Positions 46,484-55,576 of a stretch of 64,000 nt of DNA are shown here, in pieces; within the stretch, counting starts at the first letter, position 1, and every line of letters starts with the position of its first letter. The DNA lies in contig JBJHAX010000008.1 in the NCBI GenBank assembly GCA_050480705.1, positions 8 through 64,007 on the forward strand. The letters are read 5' to 3'. The translations under genes were made by a program, and so were the position numbers. The notes under the pieces are model-generated. The model was not told where the DNA came from and did not search any database. It saw only the letters and a list, made by a program, of their open reading frames with translations. This stretch comes from Nitriliruptoraceae bacterium (GTDB lineage Bacteria; Actinomycetota; Nitriliruptoria; Nitriliruptorales; Nitriliruptoraceae).

Positions 46484-47365
46484 ATGCTGCTGCGCCGTTC
46501 GCGCATCACACCCGTCGCCCTGTGGGGCGCAATGCGCCTGAGTGCGCGCGGCGCACCGCGGGTGTCGGGACGGCTGGCGGCGTGGCTGTGGAGCGTGCCG
46601 TGGCAGCGCATGCGGTCGACGAATCATGCGGCGCCGCTGACGCCTGCCGTTGCCTGGCGAGCCGAGACGATCGAGTTGGCGCTTGCGTCGACCGGCGGCT
46701 TGCCGCCGATGCGACGGCGCGTCGTGGTGCGTACGGCAGGCAGTGGCCCGACGGTGCTGCTGGCGCACGGGTGGGCCGACAACTGGACGGGCCTGTCCGA
46801 GATCGCGCGCGTGCTGCACGGTGAAGGCTTCCGTGTCGCCACGGCCGACTTGCCGTCGCACGGGACGACGCGGGGAATGCGCACCGATGGCATCCAGTTC
46901 GCAGACGCAATCACCACGTTGGCGACGCACGTTCGCGCCGACCATGTCGTCGCGCACTCGATGGGTGCGCTCGGCACCCTCATCGCGCTGCGCGACGGGC
47001 TCGATGTCGCAAAGGTCGGCCTGCTCGCGCCGGTGGTCAGCATCGAAACCGCGTTCGACGGTTTTCGCGCGATCGCACCGATGCCGCACAGGACCGCTGA
47101 CGAACTGCGCCGGTTCATCAGCCGCCGCTACGGCCCCGACGTCTGGACGCGGCTTTCGTTCGACACCCAGCCTCCGCGGCGAGACATCCCGGCGATCGTG
47201 TTCCACGACCACGACGATGAACGCGTCGGAATCGCCACGTCACGTCGTCTCGTCGACGCCTGGGAGAACGCGATGCTGGTCGAGTCGAGCGGACTGGGCC
47301 ATCGTCGTCTCGTTCAGAGCGAGGAGACGGCGATGCGGCTCGCACGGTTTCTCCGCGCGTCGTGA
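46484..47365 (+). CDS. Alpha/beta hydrolase
   Basis: ATG 46484 follows AAGGAG. The oxyanion region is LLAHGWADN and the nucleophile elbow is AHSMGA. A C-terminal ...GLGHRRL supplies the His. Confidence 0.8.
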   Translation: MLLRRSRITPVALWGAMRLSARGAPRVSGRLAAWLWSVPWQRMRSTNHAAPLTPAVAWRAETIELALASTGGLPPMRRRVVVRTAGSGPTVLLAHGWADNWTGLSEIARVLHGEGFRVATADLPSHGTTRGMRTDGIQFADAITTLATHVRADHVVAHSMGALGTLIALRDGLDVAKVGLLAPVVSIETAFDGFRAIAPMPHRTADELRRFISRRYGPDVWTRLSFDTQPPRRDIPAIVFHDHDDERVGIATSRRLVDAWENAMLVESSGLGHRRLVQSEETAMRLARFLRAS

Positions 47366-47385
47366 GTTGCGATCGTCAGGGCTGC

Positions 47386-47414
47386 TTGCTCTCCTTCAAA
47401 AAAGTCCGTACATT
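47386..47414 (+). promoter_or_regulatory. Candidate sigma-70-type promoter in a locally AT-rich patch
   Basis: TTGCTC (47386-47391) is followed by a 17-nt spacer and TACATT (47409-47414), 28 nt upstream of ATG 47442. This is the most AT-rich stretch I noticed in the window. Confidence 0.35.
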
Positions 47415-47441
47415 TCCGTTTTTGCGCGTTGCAGGGACGAC

Positions 47442-48836
47442 ATGCAGATCGTCACGATCGAAACCCCGTCACTGGGTGACCGCAGCTACGTGATCAGCGA
47501 CGGTGACGTCGCGGTCGTCATCGATCCCCAGCGCGACATCGATCGCATCGTCGATGTGATCGAGTCGAATTCGTGGCGTATCACGCATGTGCTCGAGACC
47601 CACATGCACAACGACTACGTCTCCGGGGGGCTCGAGCTCGCGCGCGTCAGCGCTGCGCGTTACGTCATGGCTGCCGCCGAGGAGGCGTTTTTCGACTTCG
47701 ACGGCGTCGCCGACGGCGACACGATCCGCACCGGGCGACTCGAACTCACGGCGCTCCACACACCTGGACACACGCCGACCCACATGTCCTATGTGGTCGA
47801 GGGCCCCGGCGGACAGCCGGCGGTGTTCAGCGGTGGGTCGCTGCTGTACGGCTCGGTCGGGCGCACCGACCTGATCTCGCTCGCCCGGCGTGACGAACTC
47901 ACCCGCCTGCAGCACGCATCGGCACGTCGCCTCGCGGACGAACTCGACGACGCGACCACGGTGCTGCCGACCCACGGGTTCGGTTCGTTCTGCTCCTCGG
48001 CCGCCGCCGACGAACACACCAGCAACGTCGACGAGCGCACCGGCGTTCAGATCTCCACGATCGGCGAACAGCGCCGCACGAACCTGGCGTTGGTGACCGC
48101 CGACGTCGACGAGTTCGTGTCCATGATCGTCGATGGTCTCGACGCCTACCCGCGCTACTACGCGCATATGGCGCCACGCAACAAGGTCGGCGCTGGCCCG
48201 ATCGATCTGACCCCTGCGGTCGAGGCCGATCCCGCCGAACTGGCCCGACGCATCCACGCAGGGGAGTGGGTGGTCGATCTGCGTTCCCGCACAGCGTTCG
48301 CAGCCGACCACGTCACCGGGACGATCAACGTCGAAGTGGGAACGTCGTTCGTGACGTACCTGGCGTGGCTGGTCCCGTGGGGTATGCCGGTCACACTGGT
48401 CGGCGATGCGCAACACGAGGTCGACGAAGCGCAACGGCAACTCGTCCGTGTCGGCATCGAACGCCCCGCTGCGCAGGCCACAGGCGGCGTCGACGCCTTC
48501 GGTGTCGGCTTGGACCGCAGCGGCTACCGGGTGAGCGACCTCGAGGATCTCGCCAAGCGCGTCGCTGCCGACGAGCGGCTCCACATCCTCGATGTGCGTC
48601 GCGGCGATGAACGGCGTGCGGGAGGAATCGCGGGCTCGCAACACATCCCCATTCACGAGCTCGAGCGCCGCATGGACGAGGTGCCTGCCGGCATCGACGT
48701 CTGGGTGCACTGCGCCTCGGGCTACCGGGCGTCGATCGCTGCCTCACTGCTCGTTCGGGGCGGGCGACGCTGTGTGCTCGTCGATGACGATGACGCGCGG
48801 CTGCGCGAGCTCGGATTCGAACTGGTGTCGTCGTGA
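47442..48836 (+). CDS. MBL-fold metallo-hydrolase fused to two rhodanese-like domains (persulfide dioxygenase/sulfurtransferase-like)
   Basis: Starts at ATG 47442. The metallo-beta-lactamase motif is ETHMHNDYVSGG, followed by HTPGHTPTH. The C-terminal rhodanese has an active-site loop VHCASGYRAS. Confidence 0.82.
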   Translation: MQIVTIETPSLGDRSYVISDGDVAVVIDPQRDIDRIVDVIESNSWRITHVLETHMHNDYVSGGLELARVSAARYVMAAAEEAFFDFDGVADGDTIRTGRLELTALHTPGHTPTHMSYVVEGPGGQPAVFSGGSLLYGSVGRTDLISLARRDELTRLQHASARRLADELDDATTVLPTHGFGSFCSSAAADEHTSNVDERTGVQISTIGEQRRTNLALVTADVDEFVSMIVDGLDAYPRYYAHMAPRNKVGAGPIDLTPAVEADPAELARRIHAGEWVVDLRSRTAFAADHVTGTINVEVGTSFVTYLAWLVPWGMPVTLVGDAQHEVDEAQRQLVRVGIERPAAQATGGVDAFGVGLDRSGYRVSDLEDLAKRVAADERLHILDVRRGDERRAGGIAGSQHIPIHELERRMDEVPAGIDVWVHCASGYRASIAASLLVRGGRRCVLVDDDDARLRELGFELVSS

Positions 48837-48884
48837 ACCTGCGTCGCATTCGAAGCGGCGCGCTACCCACACAGGCGCGCCATC

Positions 48885-49607
48885 GTGGCTGAACGATCCG
48901 CACCCCTGTGGCAGCAGGTGCGTGACGATCTCGAGCGGCGCATCGCCACCGGTGATTTCGCGGATCGGTTCCCAACCGATCGCGAGCTGGTCGAGCATTA
49001 CCACGTGAGCCGCCATACGGCACGCGAGGCGGTGCGCCGGATGCGCAGCCGCGGGGCGGTGGAGCGGCACCGTGGACGCGGAAGCTTCGTCAACAGTGCG
49101 CGGCTGACCCAGCCCCTCGGAGGCCTCTACAGCCTGTTCCGGTCCGTCGAGGACCAGGGCCTGGAGCAGCGCTCCGAGGTGAGGGCGCTCGAGTGCGTTC
49201 GTGATGTCCTCGCAGCCTCACAACTCGGCCTCGCACCCGACGCCGAGCTGGTGCATCTCGCACGGACACGTTTCGCCGCCGACGAGCCGCTGGCCGTGGA
49301 TGATGTCTGGATGCCGTACGAGGTCGGTGCGCCGCTGCTCGGCGTCGATTTCACGCGTACCGCGCTCTACGAGGAGCTGTTGCGTCGGACCGGTCGGCGT
49401 CTGACGGCAGTCGAGGAGGAACTCGAACCGCGTATCGCTGACGACGCCACAACCCGCGAGCTCCGGCTCGCCGAAGGCGAGGCGCTTCTCGCCGTGCGTC
49501 GACGCGGATTCAGCGGGAGCGAGACCATCGAGTACCGCACGATGCTCATCCGTGGTCAGCGTCTGACCTACACCTACAGATGGCAGGCCGAGGACGCCGA
49601 CGCCTGA
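48885..49607 (+). CDS. GntR family transcriptional regulator (HutC subfamily, UTRA effector domain)
   Basis: The winged HTH is FPTDRELVEHYHVSRHTAREAVRRMRSRGAVERHRGRGSFV, followed by a UTRA-like C-terminal half. Confidence 0.85.
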   Translation: MAERSAPLWQQVRDDLERRIATGDFADRFPTDRELVEHYHVSRHTAREAVRRMRSRGAVERHRGRGSFVNSARLTQPLGGLYSLFRSVEDQGLEQRSEVRALECVRDVLAASQLGLAPDAELVHLARTRFAADEPLAVDDVWMPYEVGAPLLGVDFTRTALYEELLRRTGRRLTAVEEELEPRIADDATTRELRLAEGEALLAVRRRGFSGSETIEYRTMLIRGQRLTYTYRWQAEDADA

Positions 49608-49626
49608 ACGCGACTGCTCGGCGACG

Positions 49627-50040
49627 TCAGGGCGCCGCGCGCCGCGTCGACGCCGCGAAGGCGAGTACCGCAGACAGCGCCGTGAGCAGCACACCGAGCG
49701 GCACATGGACCGCAGACGCGACGACGAGGCCGCCACGATGGCCCGCGTAGCCGAGCCCGATCTGCGCGAACGATCCGAGTACGAGCGCCATCGCGACCAG
49801 CGACATCCATCCAGGTCGGCGGCCGAAGAACGCCATCATCGCGGCGAGTGCTGCAAGCACCAGGGTGAGCATGCCGAGCCAACCGTGCAGCTCGAAGAGT
49901 CCCGGATTCATGAACGCCGCAGGACCGGCCAACGCAGCCTGGACGAGCAACGTGGCCAGCAGCGCGATGGCGACGACACGAAAGCCGCCTCCCGATGTGG
50001 TCGCAGCGTCAGGGGCGGCGTCGGGCGACGGAGATGACAT
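49627..50040 (-). CDS. Hypothetical four-TM membrane protein (137 aa)
   Basis: There are four hydrophobic segments with His residues (ELHGWLG, GYAGHRGG, SAVHVPLG). It lies 114 nt downstream of the baeRF-like gene on the same strand. Confidence 0.55.
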   Translation of the reverse strand: MSSPSPDAAPDAATTSGGGFRVVAIALLATLLVQAALAGPAAFMNPGLFELHGWLGMLTLVLAALAAMMAFFGRRPGWMSLVAMALVLGSFAQIGLGYAGHRGGLVVASAVHVPLGVLLTALSAVLAFAASTRRAAP

Positions 50041-50154
50041 GGCGGCTCCCTACGGGTCGGCTCGAAGGGCGGTCGGGTTCACGGGCATAGTAAGGGCCGG
50101 CGCGTGGCATCCACGCCACCCGCCAGCGCGGTCATGGCGAGGCCGACGGCCGCA

Positions 50155-51249
50155 TCAGTAGCGCAGGATCGCAGCGGGTAGCCCCATCGCGACACGGTCC
50201 ACACTGAGTCGGACGACGTCGCCTGCGTGCTCGAGCGTCGCGCGGATCGCTTCGTTGACGGCATCGCGCATGACGTCGTCACGCCCTGCCGCACCGGCCG
50301 CGGGCACCAGCAGCATCGCAACACGACCGTTGTGCGCGGCCCGGGTGATCGCCGCCATGTCCAGCGACTCGGTGAGGCCCTGATCATTCGCCCGGTCGAA
50401 TCGCGCGAGTGCCCGAGCTTGCGCCGTGTGGCCCGAGTCGTCGGCGACGCCCCATGCGGCATCGAGCAGGGCTGTGGGTGCGGTGTCATGCGGCGTGCCG
50501 GGGATGGTGCCGATGATCTCGAAGCCGGCGGCCTTGCGGAACTCGTCGACGAGATCCGCGACGCCTGCGACAACCACGGGAAGGCTCCGTTCGATGACCA
50601 CCGGCCTGAGTGCGCGGTCGACGGCATGGAGAAAGCTCGCTCGCCGTGCGTCCGAGAGGTCCTTCGCTCCGCCATGACCGTGATAGAACGCCGCGTCACC
50701 CGGCCCGCTGGAAGCGGCACGCATCTGCAGGGTGTGTTCACGGTCACCCGGCTCGAGCAGGCCGGCCAGCTCATCCTCCAAACCGGGGAGCGCCACGTCG
50801 GTGACCATGTGCCGCGCGGCCTCGAACAGTTGCACCTGGTGAAGGCTCAGACCGATCACGAGCAGTCGTTCATCCGGTCCAAACGCCTCCGCGATGGGCC
50901 ACAGGTCCGGCACGTGCGAGATCGCGACGTACTCGTCGACCGGCACGGGCAGCTGCAGGACACGTGCGTCGTCCGTCGTGAGTAGCAGTGCGAGACCTCG
51001 TGCCTGCGCGTAGGGCCGTGTCGTCGTGTCACGGAGCGCAACCGCTGGTGCGAGCAGTCGTTCAATCGCGGCATCGTCGATGTCGTCGGCCTCGAGGCGT
51101 CGACGGGCGTCGTTGATCAGGGAACGCAGCCGTGTCGGTTCCCGGCCCTGACGCGACGTGGGCGGTTCGACCGGCAGGAACATCGATACGCACGGCGACG
51201 TCGCCGATCGCGCGAACGCCAGCAGATCCTCACGGTCAGGCATCTCCAC
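50155..51249 (-). CDS. Bacterial archaeo-eukaryotic release-factor-like (baeRF, family-3-like; eRF1/Pelota fold) protein
   Basis: The 364-aa ORF has N-terminal SPCVSMFLPVE, central AAFYHGHGGAKDLS (no GGQ) and C-terminal ...VAMGLPAAILRY followed by the stop. This layout matches my memory of actinobacterial baeRF3 proteins. No HMM search was run. Confidence 0.55.
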   Translation of the reverse strand: MEMPDREDLLAFARSATSPCVSMFLPVEPPTSRQGREPTRLRSLINDARRRLEADDIDDAAIERLLAPAVALRDTTTRPYAQARGLALLLTTDDARVLQLPVPVDEYVAISHVPDLWPIAEAFGPDERLLVIGLSLHQVQLFEAARHMVTDVALPGLEDELAGLLEPGDREHTLQMRAASSGPGDAAFYHGHGGAKDLSDARRASFLHAVDRALRPVVIERSLPVVVAGVADLVDEFRKAAGFEIIGTIPGTPHDTAPTALLDAAWGVADDSGHTAQARALARFDRANDQGLTESLDMAAITRAAHNGRVAMLLVPAAGAAGRDDVMRDAVNEAIRATLEHAGDVVRLSVDRVAMGLPAAILRY

Positions 51250-51447
51250 GGGGTCCTCCTCGTCGTGGTCGCTCCCAGATGTTCCTCAGAGGAACCGTCT
51301 GACGCCAGATGCACAAGACCTCCCGGACAGGGCACTTGGGGAGGTGTGTGCCGCCGGATACTGCACAGGTGGGGGCGTGGCCCGCCTTGGTGGACGGTGA
51401 GCGTTCGACGACGTGCCACGCGTGTGCGAACCAGGTGCGGTGACGCC

Positions 51448-51461
51448 CATGTACTTACATG
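51448..51461. promoter_or_regulatory. AT-rich inverted repeat CATGTA-ct-TACATG (possible operator or -10 region)
   Basis: It was seen directly in the 299-nt divergent region, about 88 nt upstream of ATG 51549. It stands out against the GC-rich background. Confidence 0.3.
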
Positions 51462-51548
51462 AAACGTCTGACAACGGGCCGTTTGGCACTGAAACGAGCG
51501 TCTCGGCGGCGCCATCATCGGCTGGCACGTACAAAGGAGGCGCTGGCC

Positions 51549-51848
51549 ATGAGCGCCGAAGCGCATGCCGTACAACACCATCCGCTGTCGATTCCGAGAA
51601 CAGCGGGTGCCGAGATCGCCTCGGAGGCAACAGACATCGACGAGTGGGCAGTCGTCGAAGCGCGCGTCGTGTGCGCCAACGTCGCCGAGCAGTTGGTCGA
51701 CGCTGGCGCGTCGCTCGCGCACCTGTCCGCGACGGGGGGACTCGACGCGGTGACCCTGCAGTCGCTGGTGGAGGCGACCGAAGCGATCGACCACGCGCAC
51801 CGCGCAATCACCGACGCGCTGCACGGGCCGACGGTCCACGCCGCCTGA
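51549..51848 (+). CDS. Hypothetical protein (99 aa)
   Basis: ATG 51549 is preceded by AAAGGAGG at good spacing. The acidic helical sequence (DIDEWAVVEARVVCANVAEQLVDAGASLAHL...) matches no family I recognise. Confidence 0.5.
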   Translation: MSAEAHAVQHHPLSIPRTAGAEIASEATDIDEWAVVEARVVCANVAEQLVDAGASLAHLSATGGLDAVTLQSLVEATEAIDHAHRAITDALHGPTVHAA

Positions 51849-51955
51849 GGCGAACGGGCAGGCCGCGTGGGCGAGCCCGGCTGTCGCACACGGCTGCCGA
51901 CCCGGCAGCGACACCGACTGCGCAGCTGCGAAAACGGGCAATCGGCCCGTGGTTC

Positions 51956-53173
51956 GTGCGTCTGTTCGCGGTCGCGCTCGTCGCGGTGCTGCTGGTCGGG
52001 GTCCCACGACCTGCAGGAGCAGACGAACCCGTCGAACTCGTCTACTTCGGCGCCGAGGGCTGCCCGTTCTGCGCACAGATGGAGCAGTTGCTCGACGACC
52101 TCGAAGTCGAGCACGCTGACGAGCTCGTCGTTCGCCGCTATGACGTGAGTCGCGACCCGGTAGCGCGACAACGGTGGATCGACGAGCTCGCGGTTCGTGG
52201 ACAGGACGCGTCCGGCGTACCCACCGTGGTCCTCGGACAGCGAGTCTGGGTGGGATTCGACCGTGGCGTCGCCGCGGGCATCAGGGTCGCCGTCTCAGAT
52301 GCGGTCGCCACCGGTGTTCTACCCGAGGTGGCCGATCCCTCCACGAGCATCGATATGCCGTTCATCGGCGCGATCGATGCGGCTTCGGGATCCGCGATCG
52401 CGGCGACCATGCTCATCGCATTCGTTGACGGCTTCAACCCTTGCTCGTTGTGGGTGTTGATGGTGCTGCTCGCAATGGTCGTCAACGCTGGTGCGAGCCG
52501 AGGGCGGATCGCACTGATCGGCGCGACCTTCCTGACGGTGACCGGACTGATCTACGGGGTGTTCATCGCTGGCGTGTTCACCGTCCTCGGATTCGTCGAG
52601 CACCTGGGCGCGATTCGCGTCGGTGTTGCCGCGCTCGCGCTCGTCATCGGTGCGGTGAACATCAAGGACTACCTCACGCACGGCAGAGGCTTCTCGTTCT
52701 CGATTCCGCAGCGCGCGAAGCCGCGCATCTATCGCGGTGGCCGGGCCCTTCGCGACACGGATCGCTCGCTACTGGCCACCTTCGGTCTCACGATCGCGAT
52801 GGCGGCCGGGATCGCGCTGGTCGAGCTGCCCTGCACGGCCGGCTTGCCCGTGATCTGGTCGGGGATCATGCACACGCAAGGTGTCGCCGGCGCCGAGTTC
52901 GCTGCTCTGCTCGCGCTCTACCTGGCCATCTACGTTGCAGACGAACTCCTCGTCTTCTTTGTCGTGCTCGTCACCCTGCGGATCGAACGGCTGCAGCAGC
53001 ATCAGGGACGGCTGCTCAAACTCGTCGGCGGCATGGTGATGGGGACCCTCGGTGTGATTCTGCTCACCGCGCCGGGACTCATGGAGCGCATCGGACCCGC
53101 GTCGCTGACGATCCTCGGGGCGGTCGTCGCCGCGCTGCTCATCGACGTTGTACGCCGCGCGCGAGCATCCTGA
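51956..53173 (+). CDS. Thioredoxin/glutaredoxin-like domain fused to a multi-pass (DsbD/CcdA-like) membrane domain
   Basis: GTG 51956 gives the signal-like N-terminus VRLFAVALVAVLLVGVPRPAGA. The redox motif is FGAEGCPFCAQME. The membrane domain carries conserved Cys in FVDGFNPCSLWVL and VELPCTAGLPV. Confidence 0.7.
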   Translation: MRLFAVALVAVLLVGVPRPAGADEPVELVYFGAEGCPFCAQMEQLLDDLEVEHADELVVRRYDVSRDPVARQRWIDELAVRGQDASGVPTVVLGQRVWVGFDRGVAAGIRVAVSDAVATGVLPEVADPSTSIDMPFIGAIDAASGSAIAATMLIAFVDGFNPCSLWVLMVLLAMVVNAGASRGRIALIGATFLTVTGLIYGVFIAGVFTVLGFVEHLGAIRVGVAALALVIGAVNIKDYLTHGRGFSFSIPQRAKPRIYRGGRALRDTDRSLLATFGLTIAMAAGIALVELPCTAGLPVIWSGIMHTQGVAGAEFAALLALYLAIYVADELLVFFVVLVTLRIERLQQHQGRLLKLVGGMVMGTLGVILLTAPGLMERIGPASLTILGAVVAALLIDVVRRARAS

Positions 53174-53312
53174 TCTGGTTGCCGAGCGATCGCGGCATCG
53201 TCGAGCCCCCCGCCGTCGCGCCACCGCGGCCACGCAACCCATCAGGAGCCGGTGACGTCAGAACAGTGCCGGTGCGTCGGTCACGGGAATCGACACCGGG
53301 ATCGGACTGCTG

Positions 53313-54383
53313 ATGTCCCTGTCGATGCGTTGGGCAGGTCTGTTCATGCTGGCGGCCGTCGCCGCAGGTTGCACGTCCACGGGGGACGTGGATGCGCAGC
53401 CCGAGGAACCAGAGACCCCGGCTGTAGAAGAGCCGGCCGACGAGCCCATGGAGGACCTGAGCGGACTGGTCGCCGACTGGGAGGCGGCGTTCACGCTGAC
53501 GCTGCCGAACGGCTGGACGGTGTCGCACTGCGAAGGAGAGGCACCCATGCTGTGCTTCTTCGACGGCGACCGTTATGTCGGCGTCGTCGAACTGACGGAC
53601 TATCCGACGCCGAACGACGTGGATGACGCCGATGAATATCTCGAAGCCAGGGGCGCCGACTTCATCGACACGATGCGTGACGATCGAGCGATCGGTTGCC
53701 CGACGTTGACGTTCGAGGAGATCCCCGCGACCGTCGTCGACGTCGCCGGCCAGCGCGGGCTACGCGTCGGGTTCCGCCTCACCGACGCCCAGATGCGCGA
53801 GGTCGAACGCCACAGCGTGTACTACACGATCCACGACGGCTCGCACGTCACGATCACCGCCGGCGCGTACGCCGATGACGGGTGCGTCGAACGCCTCGGA
53901 GAATTCACTCCCGACGATCTCGGTCTCGTCCAGCTCTACATCGACGCGATCGTGGCGAACACGCCGCTCCCGGCGCTGTCGAGCTTCGACGACGGGGCCG
54001 GGGTGGCGTTGACCGACGGCACCCATCTCGCGCGGATCGTTCGTTTCGACCCGCCGGTCAACGTCGTCGACATCGAGCTGGTCGAGATGCTCGATGGCCA
54101 GGCCGCGATCGACGCGGCACGCGATGCCGGGGAAATCGGTGCCGGCGAGGATCTTCCCAACGACTTCTACATTCGCGACCTCGATGCTGCCATGGTGTCG
54201 ATCGACGTCGCGGGAGCGTCGGTCGAGGTGATCGATTGCTCGCAGTTGTGCGAGCGGGCGGAGGTCGGACTCGCCGACTTCCTGTCCGGGCGCCGCCCAG
54301 CCATGAACCGTGAGTTCGCCATCTTCGAGATCGAGGTGGCAGGAGGCCGGGTCACGCACATCGCCGAGATCTACCTGCCATGA
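53313..54383 (+). CDS. Hypothetical lipoprotein
   Basis: The signal peptide has the lipobox MLAAVAAGC, followed by an acidic linker (PEEPETPAVEEPADEP). The remaining roughly 300 aa match no family I recognise. Confidence 0.6.
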   Translation: MSLSMRWAGLFMLAAVAAGCTSTGDVDAQPEEPETPAVEEPADEPMEDLSGLVADWEAAFTLTLPNGWTVSHCEGEAPMLCFFDGDRYVGVVELTDYPTPNDVDDADEYLEARGADFIDTMRDDRAIGCPTLTFEEIPATVVDVAGQRGLRVGFRLTDAQMREVERHSVYYTIHDGSHVTITAGAYADDGCVERLGEFTPDDLGLVQLYIDAIVANTPLPALSSFDDGAGVALTDGTHLARIVRFDPPVNVVDIELVEMLDGQAAIDAARDAGEIGAGEDLPNDFYIRDLDAAMVSIDVAGASVEVIDCSQLCERAEVGLADFLSGRRPAMNREFAIFEIEVAGGRVTHIAEIYLP

Positions 54384-54412
54384 CACCACGGGGGTACTGG
54401 CGTGGGGTCGGA

Positions 54413-55465
54413 TTACAGGCGCAGGTCGCCGGCCTCGGCGCGCCGCAGTGCAGCATCGAGGGATCTGGCCTTGCGGACGATGACCTCCATGAGTTCCTCC
54501 GGCGGATCGAACTTGCGGATCGAGCCGGAAGGAGCCAGCGTGCCGGTGTAGGGGTCGTAGAACGGGTTTGCGAAGATCAGGTCCGCCGCGAAGTGGCCGA
54601 TGATGGTGGTTTCGTCGACCGGCAGGTCGTTGCGGTGCAGGAATGCGACCGCGACATAGACCGTCTGCGTGAGCTGGTCGGGGGTGATCCCGAACACAGG
54701 TGAATGCTCGCCGCTGAACTCGCCGCTTTCGATCTCCACACCCTGCGCGAACTCGTTCACACCGAGCGCGTGCGCCGGCCAGCGCTGATCGTCGGTGAAC
54801 AGGTCGTAGACGCGTGCCTGCTCGTCGATGAAGAACTGCACGCGATGGGGAGTGATCGCCCGCACGAAATGGTCGACGTCGTCGTAGCCGGCCGCTGTCC
54901 AGTGCACGACGAACAATCCGGGTTCGATCGATTCGTGGTAGTTCTCGGCGGATGCGAACACGCCGCGTCGGCTGGTGTCGATCGTGAATTGTTCGTACCC
55001 GTCGACGGTGACGTTGGCGAGCCGGTCGAGCGCGGCGATGTGCGCAATCTGTTCAGCGACACGATCGGCCACCGCGGGTTCATTGGTCAGCGCCGCCAAC
55101 TCTTCGAGTCGTGGCAGGTTGCCGAGCATCTGTTGGGCGTTGGCGTGGAACTCCGGCAACGGCAGTCGTCGTTCGCCCGGCGGTTCGTCTTCGGTCAGCG
55201 TCTCCGACTCGCCCGGGTCGGGCACCTCGCCTCGGTCGTCGATATCGGCAGCCTCGCTGTCGGCAGGGCCGCGTGCCTCGTCGATGTCGGCGAACAAGCC
55301 GAACACGTCATGGCGCCCACCCAGGCCCAGGACACCACCGACGGCGACCAGCCCCGCCAACACGATGACGAGCGTTCGCCGTCCGGCGGCGCGGGGTGCG
55401 GGCAGCGTGGAACGGATGCCGCCGGACGGCGATAGCCGCGGCGGTACCGGGCGGGACGAGGTCAT
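54413..55465 (-). CDS. Membrane-anchored protein with N-acetylmuramoyl-L-alanine amidase (amidase_2/PGRP-like) domain
   Basis: It has an N-terminal TM (LVIVLAGLVAVGGVLGL) and an acidic linker. The domain shows VVHWTAAG, RVQFFIDEQARVYDL, AHALGVNEFAQGVEIE, IGHFAAD and RKFDPP, in the order expected for amidase_2 zinc ligands. Confidence 0.5.
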   Translation of the reverse strand: MTSSRPVPPRLSPSGGIRSTLPAPRAAGRRTLVIVLAGLVAVGGVLGLGGRHDVFGLFADIDEARGPADSEAADIDDRGEVPDPGESETLTEDEPPGERRLPLPEFHANAQQMLGNLPRLEELAALTNEPAVADRVAEQIAHIAALDRLANVTVDGYEQFTIDTSRRGVFASAENYHESIEPGLFVVHWTAAGYDDVDHFVRAITPHRVQFFIDEQARVYDLFTDDQRWPAHALGVNEFAQGVEIESGEFSGEHSPVFGITPDQLTQTVYVAVAFLHRNDLPVDETTIIGHFAADLIFANPFYDPYTGTLAPSGSIRKFDPPEELMEVIVRKARSLDAALRRAEAGDLRL

Positions 55466-55576
55466 CGCCCGGTACCGCGCGCAGACGTTGCATGAGCCAT
55501 GCGCAGCAGTATCCCACGCAAGGCTCCCTCATGGAGCTGCCCTAACCGCCAGGGGCCCCACGAGGTGATTGGCCGC

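Noticed and set aside
46650-47441. N-terminal 264 codons of ORF 46650..48836, which would extend the MBL-rhodanese protein.
   Set aside because: This part overlaps the alpha/beta hydrolase gene in another frame and is Arg/Ser/Cys-rich. The MBL domain begins right at ATG 47442 behind a promoter-like patch.
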